A stretch of 64,000 nt of DNA, from positions 14,324,001 through 14,388,000 of the forward strand of contig NC_086118.1 in NCBI RefSeq assembly GCF_963921235.1. Direction: 5' to 3'. Source of the stretch: Mobula hypostoma (lineage: Eukaryota). Numbering within the stretch: the first letter of the stretch is position 1; each line of letters starts with the position of its first letter. This document shows positions 1-11,668 of the stretch, in pieces. The notes under the pieces are model-generated. The model did not search any database. It saw nothing but the letters and a program-made list of their open reading frames with translations, and was not told where the DNA came from. Made by a program: the position numbers and the translations under genes.

Positions 1-100
1 CAGTTGTAAATTGTAGTCCACATCCCTGCAGCTGTTTGGAGGCCTATAAATAACTGCAATCAGAGTCCTTTTACCCCTGCTATTCCTTAGCTCAACCCAT
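1..100 (-). mobile_element. CR1 LINE endonuclease fragment
   Basis: Reverse strand translates WVELRNSRGKRTLIAVIYRPPNS, matching the APE motif WVEL...YRPPNS in the CR1 ORF2s at 12437 and 59613. Confidence 0.8.
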
Positions 101-343
101 TTCCCTCTCTTACTTTACCTCCTTATCTGCCTATTACCTCCCTCTGATGCTTACCCTCCTCCCCCTCCCCCCACTTTCTTACTCTGACTCCTCACCTTTT
201 TCCCCAGTCCTGATGAAGGGTCTCGACCGAAACATCAACTGTACTCTTTCCCAAAGATGCCGCCCAGCCTGCTGAGTTCCTCCAGCATTTTATGTGTATG
301 TGTTGCTTGGACTTCCAGCATCTGCAGATGTTCTCATGTTTGG
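101..343 (+). mobile_element. Penelope-like terminal repeat (old copy) with degenerate hammerhead motif
   Basis: Pyrimidine tract, then cagtc-CTGATGA-agggtctcgacc-GAAAC-atc at 205-241, then the ccagcatctgcag tail shared with the Penelope copy at 30924-31925. Confidence 0.75.
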
Positions 344-819
344 AGTTTAATGAGAACAAGTTTTATTGTGAGAAGTCAACAATCTTTCAGCAGCAGTCTG
401 TTCCAGCTGCCGATGCCTTAAATCGTTATTTCACAACAGATGATATCCAAAGGTTTAATTTACAGTAGTAACCACTGCTACTGAGAATATTAGATTTTTT
501 TTGTAAATTACATATAAATGATTATTCTCTCATGATTCAAGCATTAAAACATTGCATTTCAGTTGCAAAGCACCAATAAACATAAAATTACTTGATCATA
601 TTTCTCAGTAAATCTAATATGCAGTGAAACAGGAGATGCAGCTCCATTCCTAGTCTCCTGTCAAAGGTTGTCAGGGCAGCCCTGATAAAACACCATTTAA
701 ACCCTTGCTGTGCCTTCTGACCCAGATTGGAAATCATTTGTCAGTCATACAGTATGTAAATACATGGCAAACCAGGACTAGCTGAATCCATTTGCCATAT
801 TTCCTTATGACACATGAGG

Positions 820-1090
820 CCACTTCAACTCATCTGGCTCTCAGAGCAATCCCGTTCCCCCTCCAATTTTGCTTCCACCTAATCTTCTGGTATTCCCATC
901 AGCTCCCCCAACCCCACCACTCTACCTCTTGTCTGCACACTGGGGAGAGTTCACAATTGCCAGTAAACCTACCAATTTATATCTTCGGGATGTGGGAAGA
1001 AATTGGAGCTGTCAGGGCAAACTTGAATATACAAATTCCACACAGGACCGCGCAGGTCATTGTATCTGTGCGGGAGTGCCATTGTGCCAA
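820..1090 (-). mobile_element. Degenerate V-SINE
   Basis: Reverse strand carries V-domain-like ctccaatttcttcccacatcccgaag, as in the copies at 54615 and 62874. Confidence 0.5.
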
Positions 1091-1307
1091 TCAATTAAAT
1101 CACAAACTATAAATTTTACTTAACACTAAAGGACTTCAACACTTGCACAGCCATTAAACGTAAAAACAGACTAATTTTTTAAAATGTAAATTGTACTGAC
1201 TGCTTTCTTTTAAATTAATCATCCCATATTTCATTGCTGAGGTTTAGTGAACTGTTCTCCAGTAGAATTGTTGGGCAGTTGCAGCTAGTTATGCTTTCCC
1301 CTGCCAG

Positions 1308-1386
1308 AATTAACGTGGAACATCAGGGTGGAATCACCACAGAACCCAGCCAGGATTTTGAGCAAACTGACATTACTGTTGGGCAG
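1308..1386 (+). other. Candidate 79-bp host exon
   Basis: Acceptor gctttcccctgccag and donor CAG|gtaaat in non-repeat DNA; two of three frames open; no homology recognised. Confidence 0.25.
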
Positions 1387-1979
1387 GTAAATGCCAACAA
1401 CTCATCCCTGTTCATGGATCATTCTTTTTCTCATCATGTAGGTTCAATGTTCAACCACCACTGTTTATATACAGAACATCCTCGTTAACATTTTGGGATG
1501 ATGTATTGTACAAACTGGTTAAAACCTGCTTGCATTGTTATGAAGATTTTAACCATCATCACCGCGCCCCCCCCCGCCCCGCCGCCTTCCCTGCACAGAC
1601 ATAAAAGGCAGAAATGAAAATAAATTGTTTCTTAACACTAGAGTCGTATTGCCACCTTGACCCATTTGTATTCAATTATGTTTTCATTTTCTCATTAGTG
1701 CAGCCTATCATTCTATGCCAATATCCCAGGTGCACACAAGTAGGAAGAACAGACCTTATTCAATTTAAAGAACTTGTAGCAGTGTAGCATTTCCACAGTA
1801 ATGTGCTAAAGTGCTTGAGCAGGGTGTGGATTGGGTAAGGACAATTAAACAAATTTCTGCAATCTGAATAGAATGGCTGATCTTCGGTAGCTCAAGGTGG
1901 TGGCAGGTTTTGGAGGAGTCAAGTTGGTGGGTGACATTGACAATGAGCTCAGGATCCTGGTCAATGTATATCAATCTCC

Positions 1980-2660
1980 TCCAAGGCCTCAACTGGTTGC
2001 ATTATGGCCGACTAGGGCAATCCAACACAGGAATGCATGAGAGTGCAGATAGAATTGGATACAGTCTGATCTATCACAGGTAAAGACCTCCCCACCATTG
2101 ACAACAGCTACAGGGGGCACTGCCTTAAGAAGGCAGACTATATCTGCAAGAATCCCAACCATCCTAGTTATGTGCTCTTATAGCTGCTTCATTGGGTGTA
2201 GAAGCCTGCAGATCCATGATCCCTACCACCAGGCACAGGAACTGCTACTTTCTTACAACCATCATGTTCTTGAATAAACCTGCACAATCCTAATACTACC
2301 TTAGCAATGGAACATGACGGACAACTCTTGCACTACCATGGACTTGATGAGGTCCTGATGGAGAGTCTCACCCTGACCTGTCAGCCACTTATTTCGCACC
2401 TTAGATGCTGCCTGATTTAGTGAGATCCTCCAACACTTTTTGAGTGCAGCTCAAGCTTTCCAGCCTCTGCAGAATATTGGTGAGTACCATGAGCTCGATT
2501 CTCTTTTCTGCATTAATTTCTTGTTTTGCAGATTGTTTTCCACTGTCTTGTGCAATATACACTATTCTGTTTTGAACCTAGGTGCCTGTGATGCTGCTGT
2601 CAGCAAGTTTGTCATTGTACTTATGTCCTGCTGTACTTGTGCATCTTGCCAAAGCACATG
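1980..2660 (+). mobile_element. Old Rex1/Babar-type LINE 3' fragment, interrupted by a degenerate Penelope terminal repeat (~2350-2485)
   Basis: Similar to the 3' ends at 24770-24940 and 26720-26890. Confidence 0.55.
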
Positions 2661-3488
2661 ATTCGACCAGTGCTCCAGGTGATGGTATTGATGCTTAATT
2701 TATAGGAAGAAAGGTGACTCATGTGATTTCTATGAAAGTAAAGGCCAAGAAACTTTGTGACAATTCATTCTTGTCATTTTAAATGCTTCCAAATAAGAGA
2801 ATTCCCACTTTGAACATTATACCGAGGAAAGATAAAACATAGTTTCTCTTTACTGCCACTCGAATTCAAATTGTTTAGCCCCTTCTGTAGCCTGGGGCGA
2901 GCTGACAGCTAATAACTTCAATAATATTTGATTTGTGTCCTGCTGTCTTTTTGCATTATTCTTTGATTGACTAATGTTTGTGAATCGCTTTCTCGCATCT
3001 GCTAGCACTGAACATTATGGTTTCATGGTTTCCCCTTTTTACTGACAGATTAAAGTCATCTGGTCAATTTGTTTTGACAACATGTGCTAAGAAATCCATT
3101 TAACATACCATTTGAGGGGGCTTTTTCTCCTCCCCTTTTATCTCAGTTAGCTTTGGTAGGAAAACAGACTGAGATGCTAAATGTGCTGTACAAGATTCTG
3201 GGCTGGAATGCTTGGAGTGTGGCTGGGGTAGAATAAATAGACTGAAGGTAAGAAGTCCAAGTTGGTCTGTTGCTTCCTGTAAAGTACTCCCAAAAGGTTC
3301 CAATGGCCATATAGAGAAAATGGTGTTCTTTCTAAGCAACCTTGCTCTTAGCGGTTCATGAAGGAATTACCTTGTGAGCTTTAGCTGACAGACATTACTT
3401 TATTCCAGTAGGGATGAATTTTCTATTTGCTCACAACTGAGCATTCACAGTTCTTCTGTATCCATTAGATGGTAAACTGACAATACAT

Positions 3489-4330
3489 CAAAGTTCAAAA
3501 TAAATTAATTTTCAAAGTGTAAGGGCATATTCTGGAGTTATGGCATCTAGAAAATATTAATTTCAATAGCAACCAGTCTTCAGACCTGAATGTAAGTGGT
3601 AGATTGGGTTTAAAATACAGCTCAAAAGAATGATGTCCTTGGAGCTGCAGACTGGGGTGCATTGCAAGCAAAGAAACACACCATTGACCTGAGACATATG
3701 CATATGTGTGAACGCAACCTAGCGTCAGTGAGATTTAACATACATTTTGGGTGTCTCAAGTGTTTGTGTGAAGATGGAGGTACTTGAAAGTTACATGTAA
3801 CTCAAGAGACCCATGATGAAGGCATTGTAACTGTAGAAGGGCATTGTAACATATATAATGCGATGTAATACTGGGTCAGGAGGCCTCTTCTTCCAAGAGT
3901 GTCTCAAATATGATGCCTGCTTGTGTGCTGAATAAAAATTTCTATATCACCAGCTTCAGTGTCTCTCAGTGACTTCACTCACAGCCACAACACAAAATAC
4001 ATATATGTCACCTAATACAACCCTGAGATTCATTTTCTTGTGGGCATGCTCAGTAAATCCAAGAACCATAATATCAAGACGGCAGCTAACAGGGCAGTCA
4101 AACAACCAATGTGCAATAAACAACAAACTGCATAAATACAAAAGTGAAAATGAAAATAATAATAAATAAATAAGCAATAGCTGAGGAGAAAATGAGATGA
4201 AGAATCCTTGAAAGTGAGTCCGTAGTTTCTGGGAATAGTTCAGTGATGGGGCAAGTGAAGTTGAATGAAGTTCTCCCCACTGGTTCACGCATCTGATGGT
4301 TGTGGGGTAATAGCCTGAAACTGGAACAAC
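3489..4330 (-). mobile_element. Rex1/Babar-type 3' end, split by an LTR
   Basis: Same 3' UTR as 26940-27171, 29533-29880 and 54886-55122, ending in tttgaactttg. Confidence 0.65.
3518..3992 (+). mobile_element. Solo LTR, 475 bp
   Basis: TGT...ACA ends, AATAAA at 3931, flanks caaag/caaaa (5-bp TSD with one mismatch); interrupts a LINE tail; 3' part resembles the LTR at 11256. Confidence 0.7.
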
Positions 4331-4399
4331 AGAAATTCATTTTCTTCATAACACCCACTGCAGAGTATATCTTTGTGACTTTGACACCAATTTCTGATA

Positions 4400-4650
4400 C
4401 AGGTTGATCACCACTTATCTGAAATGCTTAAGGCCGAAAGTGCCTTGGATTTTGGATATTTTTGGATTTTGAAATAATTGTATCCATATAATGAAATACC
4501 TTGCGGATGGGATCGAAGTCTAAACACAAAATCCGTCCATATCACATATAACTTATATATGAATATACTGAAGGTGGGTTTATAATACATGTTAATAATC
4601 TTGTGCATGAAACAATAATGTGTACATTGAACTATCAGCAAGGTACGCTA
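4400..4650 (+). mobile_element. Tc1/mariner Tigger4(Zombi)/MER46-like terminal fragment
   Basis: TA|CAGGTTGA...cttatctgaaatgctt...ggattttggatatttttggattttg...gtctaaacacaaaa...tgtgcatgaaac resembles the Tigger4b end as recalled; partner TIR not found. Confidence 0.6.
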
Positions 4651-4724
4651 TCACTACCTCAGCTGCCCAGGTGGACAGTCAATTGCTGTTTGACATCGCA
4701 ATCATTCCCAACTCTGAATACAGT

Positions 4725-4842
4725 AACACACATCAAAGTTGCTGGTGAACGCAGCAGGCCAGGCAACATCTCTAGGAAGAGGTACAGTCGACGTTTCGGG
4801 CCGAGATCCTTCGTCAGGACTAACTAAAAGAAGAGCTAGTAG
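4725..4842 (-). mobile_element. Penelope-like terminal repeat fragment (young)
   Basis: Near-identical to the reverse complement of 31810-31927. Confidence 0.85.
4785..4822 (-). ncRNA. Minimal type-I hammerhead ribozyme (best-preserved copy)
   Basis: Reverse strand UAGUC CUGACGA A GGAU CUCG GCCC GAAAC GUC GACUG: intact CUGANGA and GAAA core, stem I AGUC/GACU, stem II hairpin, GUC cleavage triplet, loop-less palindromic stem III (ACGU). Confidence 0.75.
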
Positions 4843-4942
4843 GAGACACAGTATGTGATATTGGTAAGCAGTCTTTGTTTTACACTTGTTCATCACACAC
4901 ATATGTACTTAACAGTAAAAATTATTACATACCATTAATATA

Positions 4943-6229
4943 ATGAAAGGAAAATCATGTCTGACGAATCTCATAGAATTTTTTGAGGATGTAACTAGTA
5001 GAGTGGATAGGGGAGAACCAGTGGATGTGGTATATTTGGATTTTCAAAAGGCTTTTGACAAGGTCCCACACAGGAGATTAGTGTGCAAACTTAAAGCACA
5101 CGGTATTGGGGGTAAGGTATTGGTGTGGGTGGAGAATTGGTTAGCAGACAGGAAGCAAAGAGTGGGAATAAACGGGACCTTTTCAGAATGGCAGGCGGTG
5201 ACTAGTGGGGTACCGCAAGGCTCAGTGCTGGGACCCCAGTTGTTTACAATATATATTAATGACTTGGATGAGGGAATTAAATGCAGCATCTCCAAGTTTG
5301 CGGATGACACAAAGCTGGGTGGCAGTGTTAGCAGTGAGGAGGATGCTAAGAGGATGCAGGGTGACTTGGATAGGTTGGGTGAGTGGGCAAACTCATGGCA
5401 GATGCAATTTAATGTGGATAAATGTGAAGTTATCCACTTTGGTGGCAAAAATAGGAAAACAGATTATTATCTGAATGGTGGCCGATTAGGAAAAGGGGAG
5501 GTGCAACGAGACCTGGGTGTCATTATACACCAGTCATTGAAAGCGGGCATGCAGGTACAGCAGGCGGTGAAAAAGGCGAACGGTATGCTGGCATTTATAG
5601 CGAGAGGATTCGAGTACAGGAGCAGGGAGGTACTACTGCAGTTGTACAAGGCCTTGGTGAGACCACACCTGGAGTATTGTGTGCAGTTTTGGTCCCCTAA
5701 TCTGAGGAAAGACATCTTTGCCATAGAGGGAGTACAAAGAAGGTTCACCAGATTGATTCCTGGGATGGCAGGTCTTTCATATGAAGAAAGACTGGATGAA
5801 CTGGGCTTGTACTCGTTGGAATTTAGAAGATTGAGGGGGGATCTGATTGAAACGTATAAGATCCTAAAGGGATTGGACAGGCTAGATGCGGGAAGATTGT
5901 TCCCGATGTTGGGGAGGTCTAGAACGAGGGGTCACAGTTTGAGGATAGAGGGGAAGCCTTTTAGGACCGAGGTTAGGAAAAACTTCTTCACACAGAGAGT
6001 GGTGAATCTGTGGAATTCTCTGCCACAGCAAACTGTTGAGGCCAGTTCATTAGCTATGTTTAAAAGGAAGTTAGATATGGCCCTTGTGGCTACAGGGGTC
6101 AGGGGGTATGGAGGGAAGGCTGGGTTCTGAGTTGGATGATCAGCCATGATCATAATAAATGGCGGTGCAGGCTCGAAGGGCCGAATGGCCTACTCCTGCA
6201 CCTATTTTCTATGTTTCTATGTTTCTATG
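4943..6229 (+). mobile_element. 5'-truncated CR1 LINE (young); RT ORF 4943-6130 open to the natural stop
   Basis: YLDFQKAFD, GVPQGSVLGP and KFADDTK RT motifs; CR1 C-terminus; (TTTCTATG)n tail. Confidence 0.95.
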
Positions 6230-6404
6230 AATCAGCTGTTGAACAACTAACAATGTCTCCACCTATGATGCTGTGTTTTGAATAAAAGATTACAGTACGC
6301 TATCAGATGCTTCTCACTTATACTTTTCCAACAACTTGATTTTCTGTGTTACATATAAACATAAATGCTTCCTCTTTCTCTTTTCACTATTACACATAGG
6401 CCTT

Positions 6405-6825
6405 CAGGAGGACCCCAACCTTGTCATGATTTGGAGGCTTGCATGCCCAAATGACCCAGAAAGTTATGTTGGCTGGAGTCAGGGCTTTATGCTTTGGCCC
6501 TTGATAGGGACACCCATGCCAAGCAGGTCAAAGAGTAGAGGACAAACTAAGAGTGGTCCACTGCTCCTCCAGATTTGGGGGTTCAGCTCAGGGCTAAGAA
6601 CTCTGACTGGTAAAGCAAAGTTGTTATGGAAACAACAATGAAGAATCCTTCTACATCTGAGTGCAATGGTATTCCTGAGTCTCCACTGGAGACTTGCATG
6701 ACTGACAGTAGTGGAAACTGAGAGGAAGCTTCTGACACAATGAAGGAAGCCCTGAACATGGCCAGAGATGGGAGACCTTTATTGCTGCCCTAAACGCCAG
6801 CAACATAACAGGAAATAAGTAAGTA
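6405..6825 (+). mobile_element. Non-autonomous RTE-derived element (5' UTR fused to 3' end)
   Basis: 5' part ccttgtcatg...ggcttgcatgcccaaatgaccc resembles RTE/Expander 5' UTRs; ends in a (TAAG)n tail. Confidence 0.5.
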
Positions 6826-6955
6826 TTACATATAAGGGTAACTGTAGACCCTTTAGACATTTTCAATAATATCTTTGCAGCACAGAGCAGAGAATAAGCA
6901 CAAAACACATGGAGTACTCACTGTGAGTAATGCATGAAGGTATGGCTATGATGAC

Positions 6956-7163
6956 TGCCAACAGGACCCCATACAGGAGATCACCACTCGTTCTTCCAAA
7001 CTGCAGGAAGTACAGGCCCAGAGCTATCAAACGCTCCTCATACATTATGATGACTGCTGAAAACACATTGGTGCCAACAGGACCCCATACAGGAGATCAC
7101 CACTCATTCTTCCATACTGCAGGAAGTACAGGCCCAGGGCTATCAAACGCTCTTCATACATTA
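6956..7163. repeat. Direct duplication of ~92 bp within a minus-strand CR1 remnant (~6940-7300)
   Basis: tgccaacaggacccc...catacatta at ~6956-7047 and ~7073-7163. Confidence 0.8.
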
Positions 7164-7508
7164 ACTCTTTTGTTCCTAGATCAATCTCCTGCACCTCCTC
7201 TGGACCCTCCAAAGTGCCAGTTCATCTTAGATATGGGGCCCAAGCTGCTCCAGTGTGGTCTGACCAATGCCTTATAAGGCCTCCTTGTTTTTATACCCTC
7301 ATCCCCTGTACCTCATGGTGAGGAAATTCCAGGCTGAGGGTGAAGTTGAATATTTTAAGGGTAAGAATAAGTATAAGGGAACAATTCTTCTCAAAGGTGC
7401 TGTTTGCTCAGGATGAAATGAGCCTCATTTTCTTAATGAAGGAGTATGTTTTTTTTCATTCACCCAGATTTTTCATGACAAAATAAGATGATTTGGCCAT
7501 GTGGGGTG

Positions 7509-9256
7509 TGTTATTATGTGTACATAATAAAGAACTTCATTTCCCAGTGGACAAAATGAACCAGAAGCTTCCATGGTGAGCTGGTTATACACACTGTGTT
7601 GTTCTGTAATAAAATGTTGCCGTACCAAGTTTGTCTTTATTGAGAACAAACATGGCTTGGTGGCAGAAGTCAGCATGAGGTCTAAACACAGAGTAAATGA
7701 ACACTGTGCGTGGCTGAGAAAGAGACGCTAGCTTCGATGGAAAGTGACAGACAGAAGCAGGCCTGTTGAGGCAAAAGAGCACGCTGTATCCTGAAGTTCA
7801 CTGAGTTCATCGAGAAATTCAGGTGAAAGGCCAAGAGTTTTCATCATGGATAAGCCAAGTCCTCCCACACGTACGCAGTTTACCAGCAATCTACTTGATA
7901 AGTGGTAACACTTCAGATAGTGATTCAATATATAGTTAGCAGCTAGCAGAGAGGGAGGGGTGCTGACTAAAATTTGAAAGCATCTTTTTTTTTGCATGTA
8001 ATTAATGAAGATGCTTTGGACATCTAAAACAGCTTTCAAATTGATGAAATAGCTTTTATATAGGACAGTCTGATGACAAAAATTTGAGGAGTATTTTGTC
8101 CCAAGTTAAAACACCACGTTTGAGAGATACGTTTTTTTTCTTGTGACCAGAAACAAAGTGTGAGCTTTGACCAATACTTAGCTGAGTTTCACATGCAGAG
8201 TAAGTCCTGAGAGCTTGGAGATTTGAGGATCTCACTAGTTAGAGACAAAATAGTTTGTGGAATCCCAGGTAATGGTGTCAGAGAAAGATTGCTCCGTGAA
8301 AAAGGCTGTGAATATGTGGAGAGCAGCAGAGACCACACATACACAAGCTAAGGAGCTGCACAGGGTAGGTACAACAGTACATGCTGTGAAAACAGAGAAG
8401 CAGTGCACAAAATGTTTCCCAAAGCAACAGCAAAGCAAAGAGTTAGGCTCAAACAGCAGATGCAGCAAATGTAGAGGCAGTCACATTCCAAAGACGTGTC
8501 CTGCTTATGGAAATTCCTGCAATAATTGGGGGAAGAAGAATCATTTTGCAAAGCTGGAGCTAGCAAGAGAAAGATGCACATGGTTGATGAGGAAATGGAT
8601 GGAGTATTTGTGGGTTTTCTGGTGCTGATAAAACAGAACGTATTGTTCCAGTGAATGTGAATGAGACAGTAATTCCATTCAAGTTTAACACCAGAGCCCA
8701 GATGAATCTGTTGCCTATGGATGTTTACAAGACTCTCAAAGTGAAGAACAATATTTACCAAATGAAGTTAAAGGTGACTGGAGGGAATGTTCCAGTGAAA
8801 GGGGGCTATATACTGACCTTCAAGCACAAGAGACAGGACCTAAAAGCACAGCTACTGATTGTAGAAAAGAGGGTACAGCCAATATTGGATCTGAGTGCAT
8901 GTGAAAAGCTCAACCTGGTGAAAATGTTTTTGTACGCAAACACGAGGAAATCTGCGGATGCTGGAATTTCAAGCAACACATATAAAAGATGCTGGTGAAC
9001 GCAGAAGGCCAGGCAACATCTCTAGGAAGAGGTACAGTCGACATTTTGGGCCGAGACCCTTCGTCAGGACTAACTGAAGGAAGAGCTAGTAAGAGATTTG
9101 AAGAGATTTTCAAAATAAAGAACTTCAGTTCCTAGTGGCAATGGAGCTGAGTAACCAGGAACTGGAATCTTCAATGGTGAGCTGGTGTAGTTCTGTAATA
9201 AAATGTTCTAGCACTTACCCACACCAAGTTTGTCTTTATTAAGAACAAACATAACA
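7509..9256 (+). mobile_element. Degraded, internally deleted Gypsy LTR retrotransposon
   Basis: Related LTRs 7509-7657 and ~9114-9256 (tgttat...ataaca); PBS-like tggtggcagaagt at 7658; gag from 7846 with Zn-knuckle CSKCRGSH...CPAYG; protease-like FKFNTRAQMNLLP. Confidence 0.8.
8934..9100 (-). mobile_element. Penelope-like terminal repeat inserted in the Gypsy element; hammerhead 9035-9072 with mutated GAAAC
   Basis: Reverse strand agtcCTGACGAagggtctcggcccAAAATGTCgactg, consistent with CpG decay of CGAAACG. Confidence 0.85.
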
Positions 9257-9405
9257 TGCGGAGTCTTTGTTTTCTTATTACAGGAAAGATTTAAGGATGT
9301 ACTTTAAGCCTCCAGCAAGAAACAATTCCTGATGATCTCTGGCTCACAATTGCAACAGATATGACATGTTATTGAAATGTGGCATTGAGCTAGTTAAGTT
9401 AAAAG

Positions 9406-9486
9406 CAGGGGTTCCCAACCTTTTTTTATGCCATGTACCAATACCATTAAGCAAAGGGTCCCTGGACCCCAGGCTGTGAACCGCTG
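9406..9486 (+). mobile_element. hAT-type MITE, ~80 bp
   Basis: TIRs caggggttccca / tgtgaaccgctg; second copy at 28529. Confidence 0.6.
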
Positions 9487-9665
9487 ATTTAAAAGACCAC
9501 CCATGACTCCCTTTCTTTCTGTTTTGTGATTTCAACACTTTCACTACTTGCAATTTCTTCGTGATTGGGTGGTAGAAGTGGTATCGCTGTTGGCATTTGC
9601 AATCCCTGAAACATCAATCTTTAAACATTTGGGTACAATAATTAATTTAAAACCAGAATACACAG

Positions 9666-9667
<2 letters not shown>

Positions 9668-9714
<47 letters not shown>
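9668..9714. repeat. (GT)n microsatellite
   Basis: Pure GT run of about 23 units. Confidence 0.98.
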
Positions 9715-9718
<4 letters not shown>

Positions 9719-9943
9719 TCCAGTATTCAATAACATCTCAGATTATCTTTTACCTTCCCTCTAGACCACAACCTCCAAGCCTTCCAGCTCAGATCAGGTC
9801 TGTAATAATTTGGGTAATTTTAAGTTAAGTTAATTTTAAATAATTGCAGATTCCTTTTTTACTTAAATGAAATTAAAATTTTGACCAACAATTTCAAAAC
9901 TAGTGAAATCACAGAGATGAGAAAACATCACAATTTCAAAGAT

Positions 9944-10130
9944 AAACACGAGATTCTGCAGAAACTGGAAATCTTGAGGAACATACACAAAATGCTGGAG
10001 GAACACTAACAGGCAGCATCTATGGACTGAGACCTTTCACACTTGAGAGAAAGAGGGCAGAAACCAAAATAAGAGGATGAGAGAAGGTGTACAAGCTGGT
10101 AGTTGATAAGTGAATCCAAATGAGGAGGAA
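9944..10130 (-). mobile_element. Degenerate Penelope terminal repeat
   Basis: aaacacgagattctgcag...cacaaaatgctggaggaac...gcagcatctatgg. Confidence 0.6.
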
Positions 10131-11255
10131 GGTTGGTCCTTGCAAACTGAATGACTTGGTGTGAATGGTTGGAAAAGTAAATGGGCATAGTATTACACAA
10201 GGATTCTGAAATAAGGCTTACAGAGCTAAATTTGAATTAGACTTCAATAGAGGTCTTGGCATTTCAAGGAAAATTCAAGCAATGCTTTTTGAAGGCTGGA
10301 CTGTGCACGTATTCTAATCAACGACATGGTAAGTTTAAAATTTTACATAATTGTACTTTAATAATATATTAAGGTTGACCCTTTAGTGTGTGTGGGGGGA
10401 AATTATGGTGCTCTGAAGTTTCTGAATTTTATTGTTTTTGAAATCACTTTTAGAGTCAGTCAATTACTCTTAAAGAGTCCTCCACACTGCACAATGATCT
10501 CATTTGTGGGAATTTCTCACTTGATGTTTTCATCAGCATTTTAAAAATATTTGCTTAGATTTGGCAAAGATATAAGGGGCTGTAAAAGCTTCAGTAAATA
10601 TAAAGGAAATAGGGAATAGATCAAAGTCAATGAAACCCTCCAACAGAAGAGTACATGTCTGCTGGTGTTCAAAGGTTAAGCTTGATAGTCAGCTCAATTT
10701 CATCCTCTGGGCGTACAGAATCATTGCTTGAATTGTTATCAAATATCTTCAAGGAGGTTATAAACTTCACCACAACATTGCAAGGGATGGATTGCAAATG
10801 ATTTCTGAACATTTGGCCATGGGGTCCTTCTTAAACCTATTGCCTGGCTCAAATTGTACTTGTCATATCTCTGATTGATCTGAGCACAATACAACTGACA
10901 TAGTTATTGTAATACACATTTGTAAGTAACACAATTTATGATTCAAAAATTTAGTTTTAACTTGAGGCACAAAGGCAATATGGCTATTCTACATGCATAT
11001 TTGCTGCTGTGGTCTTTCAGCAACAACTATTTACACTTCTCATCATACAGAAGGGAAACGGGCTATTAGGCACATCACATCCATGCCAACCAGTTAATCT
11101 TCTGTATTAATCCCATCACCCAACATTTGGCCCATTGCCCTCCATGCCTACTCATTCAATTACTCCTCTAGATTCCTACTATTTGCTTCCACCACTCCCT
11201 CCAGAAATACATTTCAGACACTTGCTGTTCTAAGTAAAATAGTTCCTCCTAAATC

Positions 11256-11668
11256 TGTTACGGGAAATCTGGAATTAAATTATAGAGCATCATATTAACT
11301 TTAGCAACTAACTTCAGCAAGCAATCTTTAGAACTGAACATGGATTGTAGATTAAATTTAAAATGCAGTCTAGGACAATAGGTTCCTAGAACTGTGGATA
11401 GCAGATAATTGAAAGACCAGACAATGCTAATTAATATTAATTTTGGGTGTCTGGGGTGTGGGTACGAAGGAGTAATAAGTAATTGAAAGGAGGCATTTTA
11501 GATACATTGTAAATATAGAATTGTCCTTTGATCTTTAGCATATATGGTGCCATGTAATATTGGGTCGAACAGGACTCTCCTTTCAGAGAGTGCCTCATTT
11601 CGCCAAATAAAGGACTACTTTATATCTACCAGCTGTGTCACTCCAGTTACTTTGTTCACATTACAACA
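11256..11668 (+). mobile_element. Solo LTR, 413 bp
   Basis: TGTT...AACA termini, perfect 5-bp TSD AAATC (11251-11255 / 11669-11673), AATAAA near 11606; sits in a CR1 3' remnant. Confidence 0.85.

Noticed and set aside
7500..9262. TSD for the Gypsy element
   Set aside because: Flanks ggtg / tgcg do not match, so none is claimed
10690..10870. Open frames in unique sequence
   Set aside because: No convincing splice signals or recognisable homology
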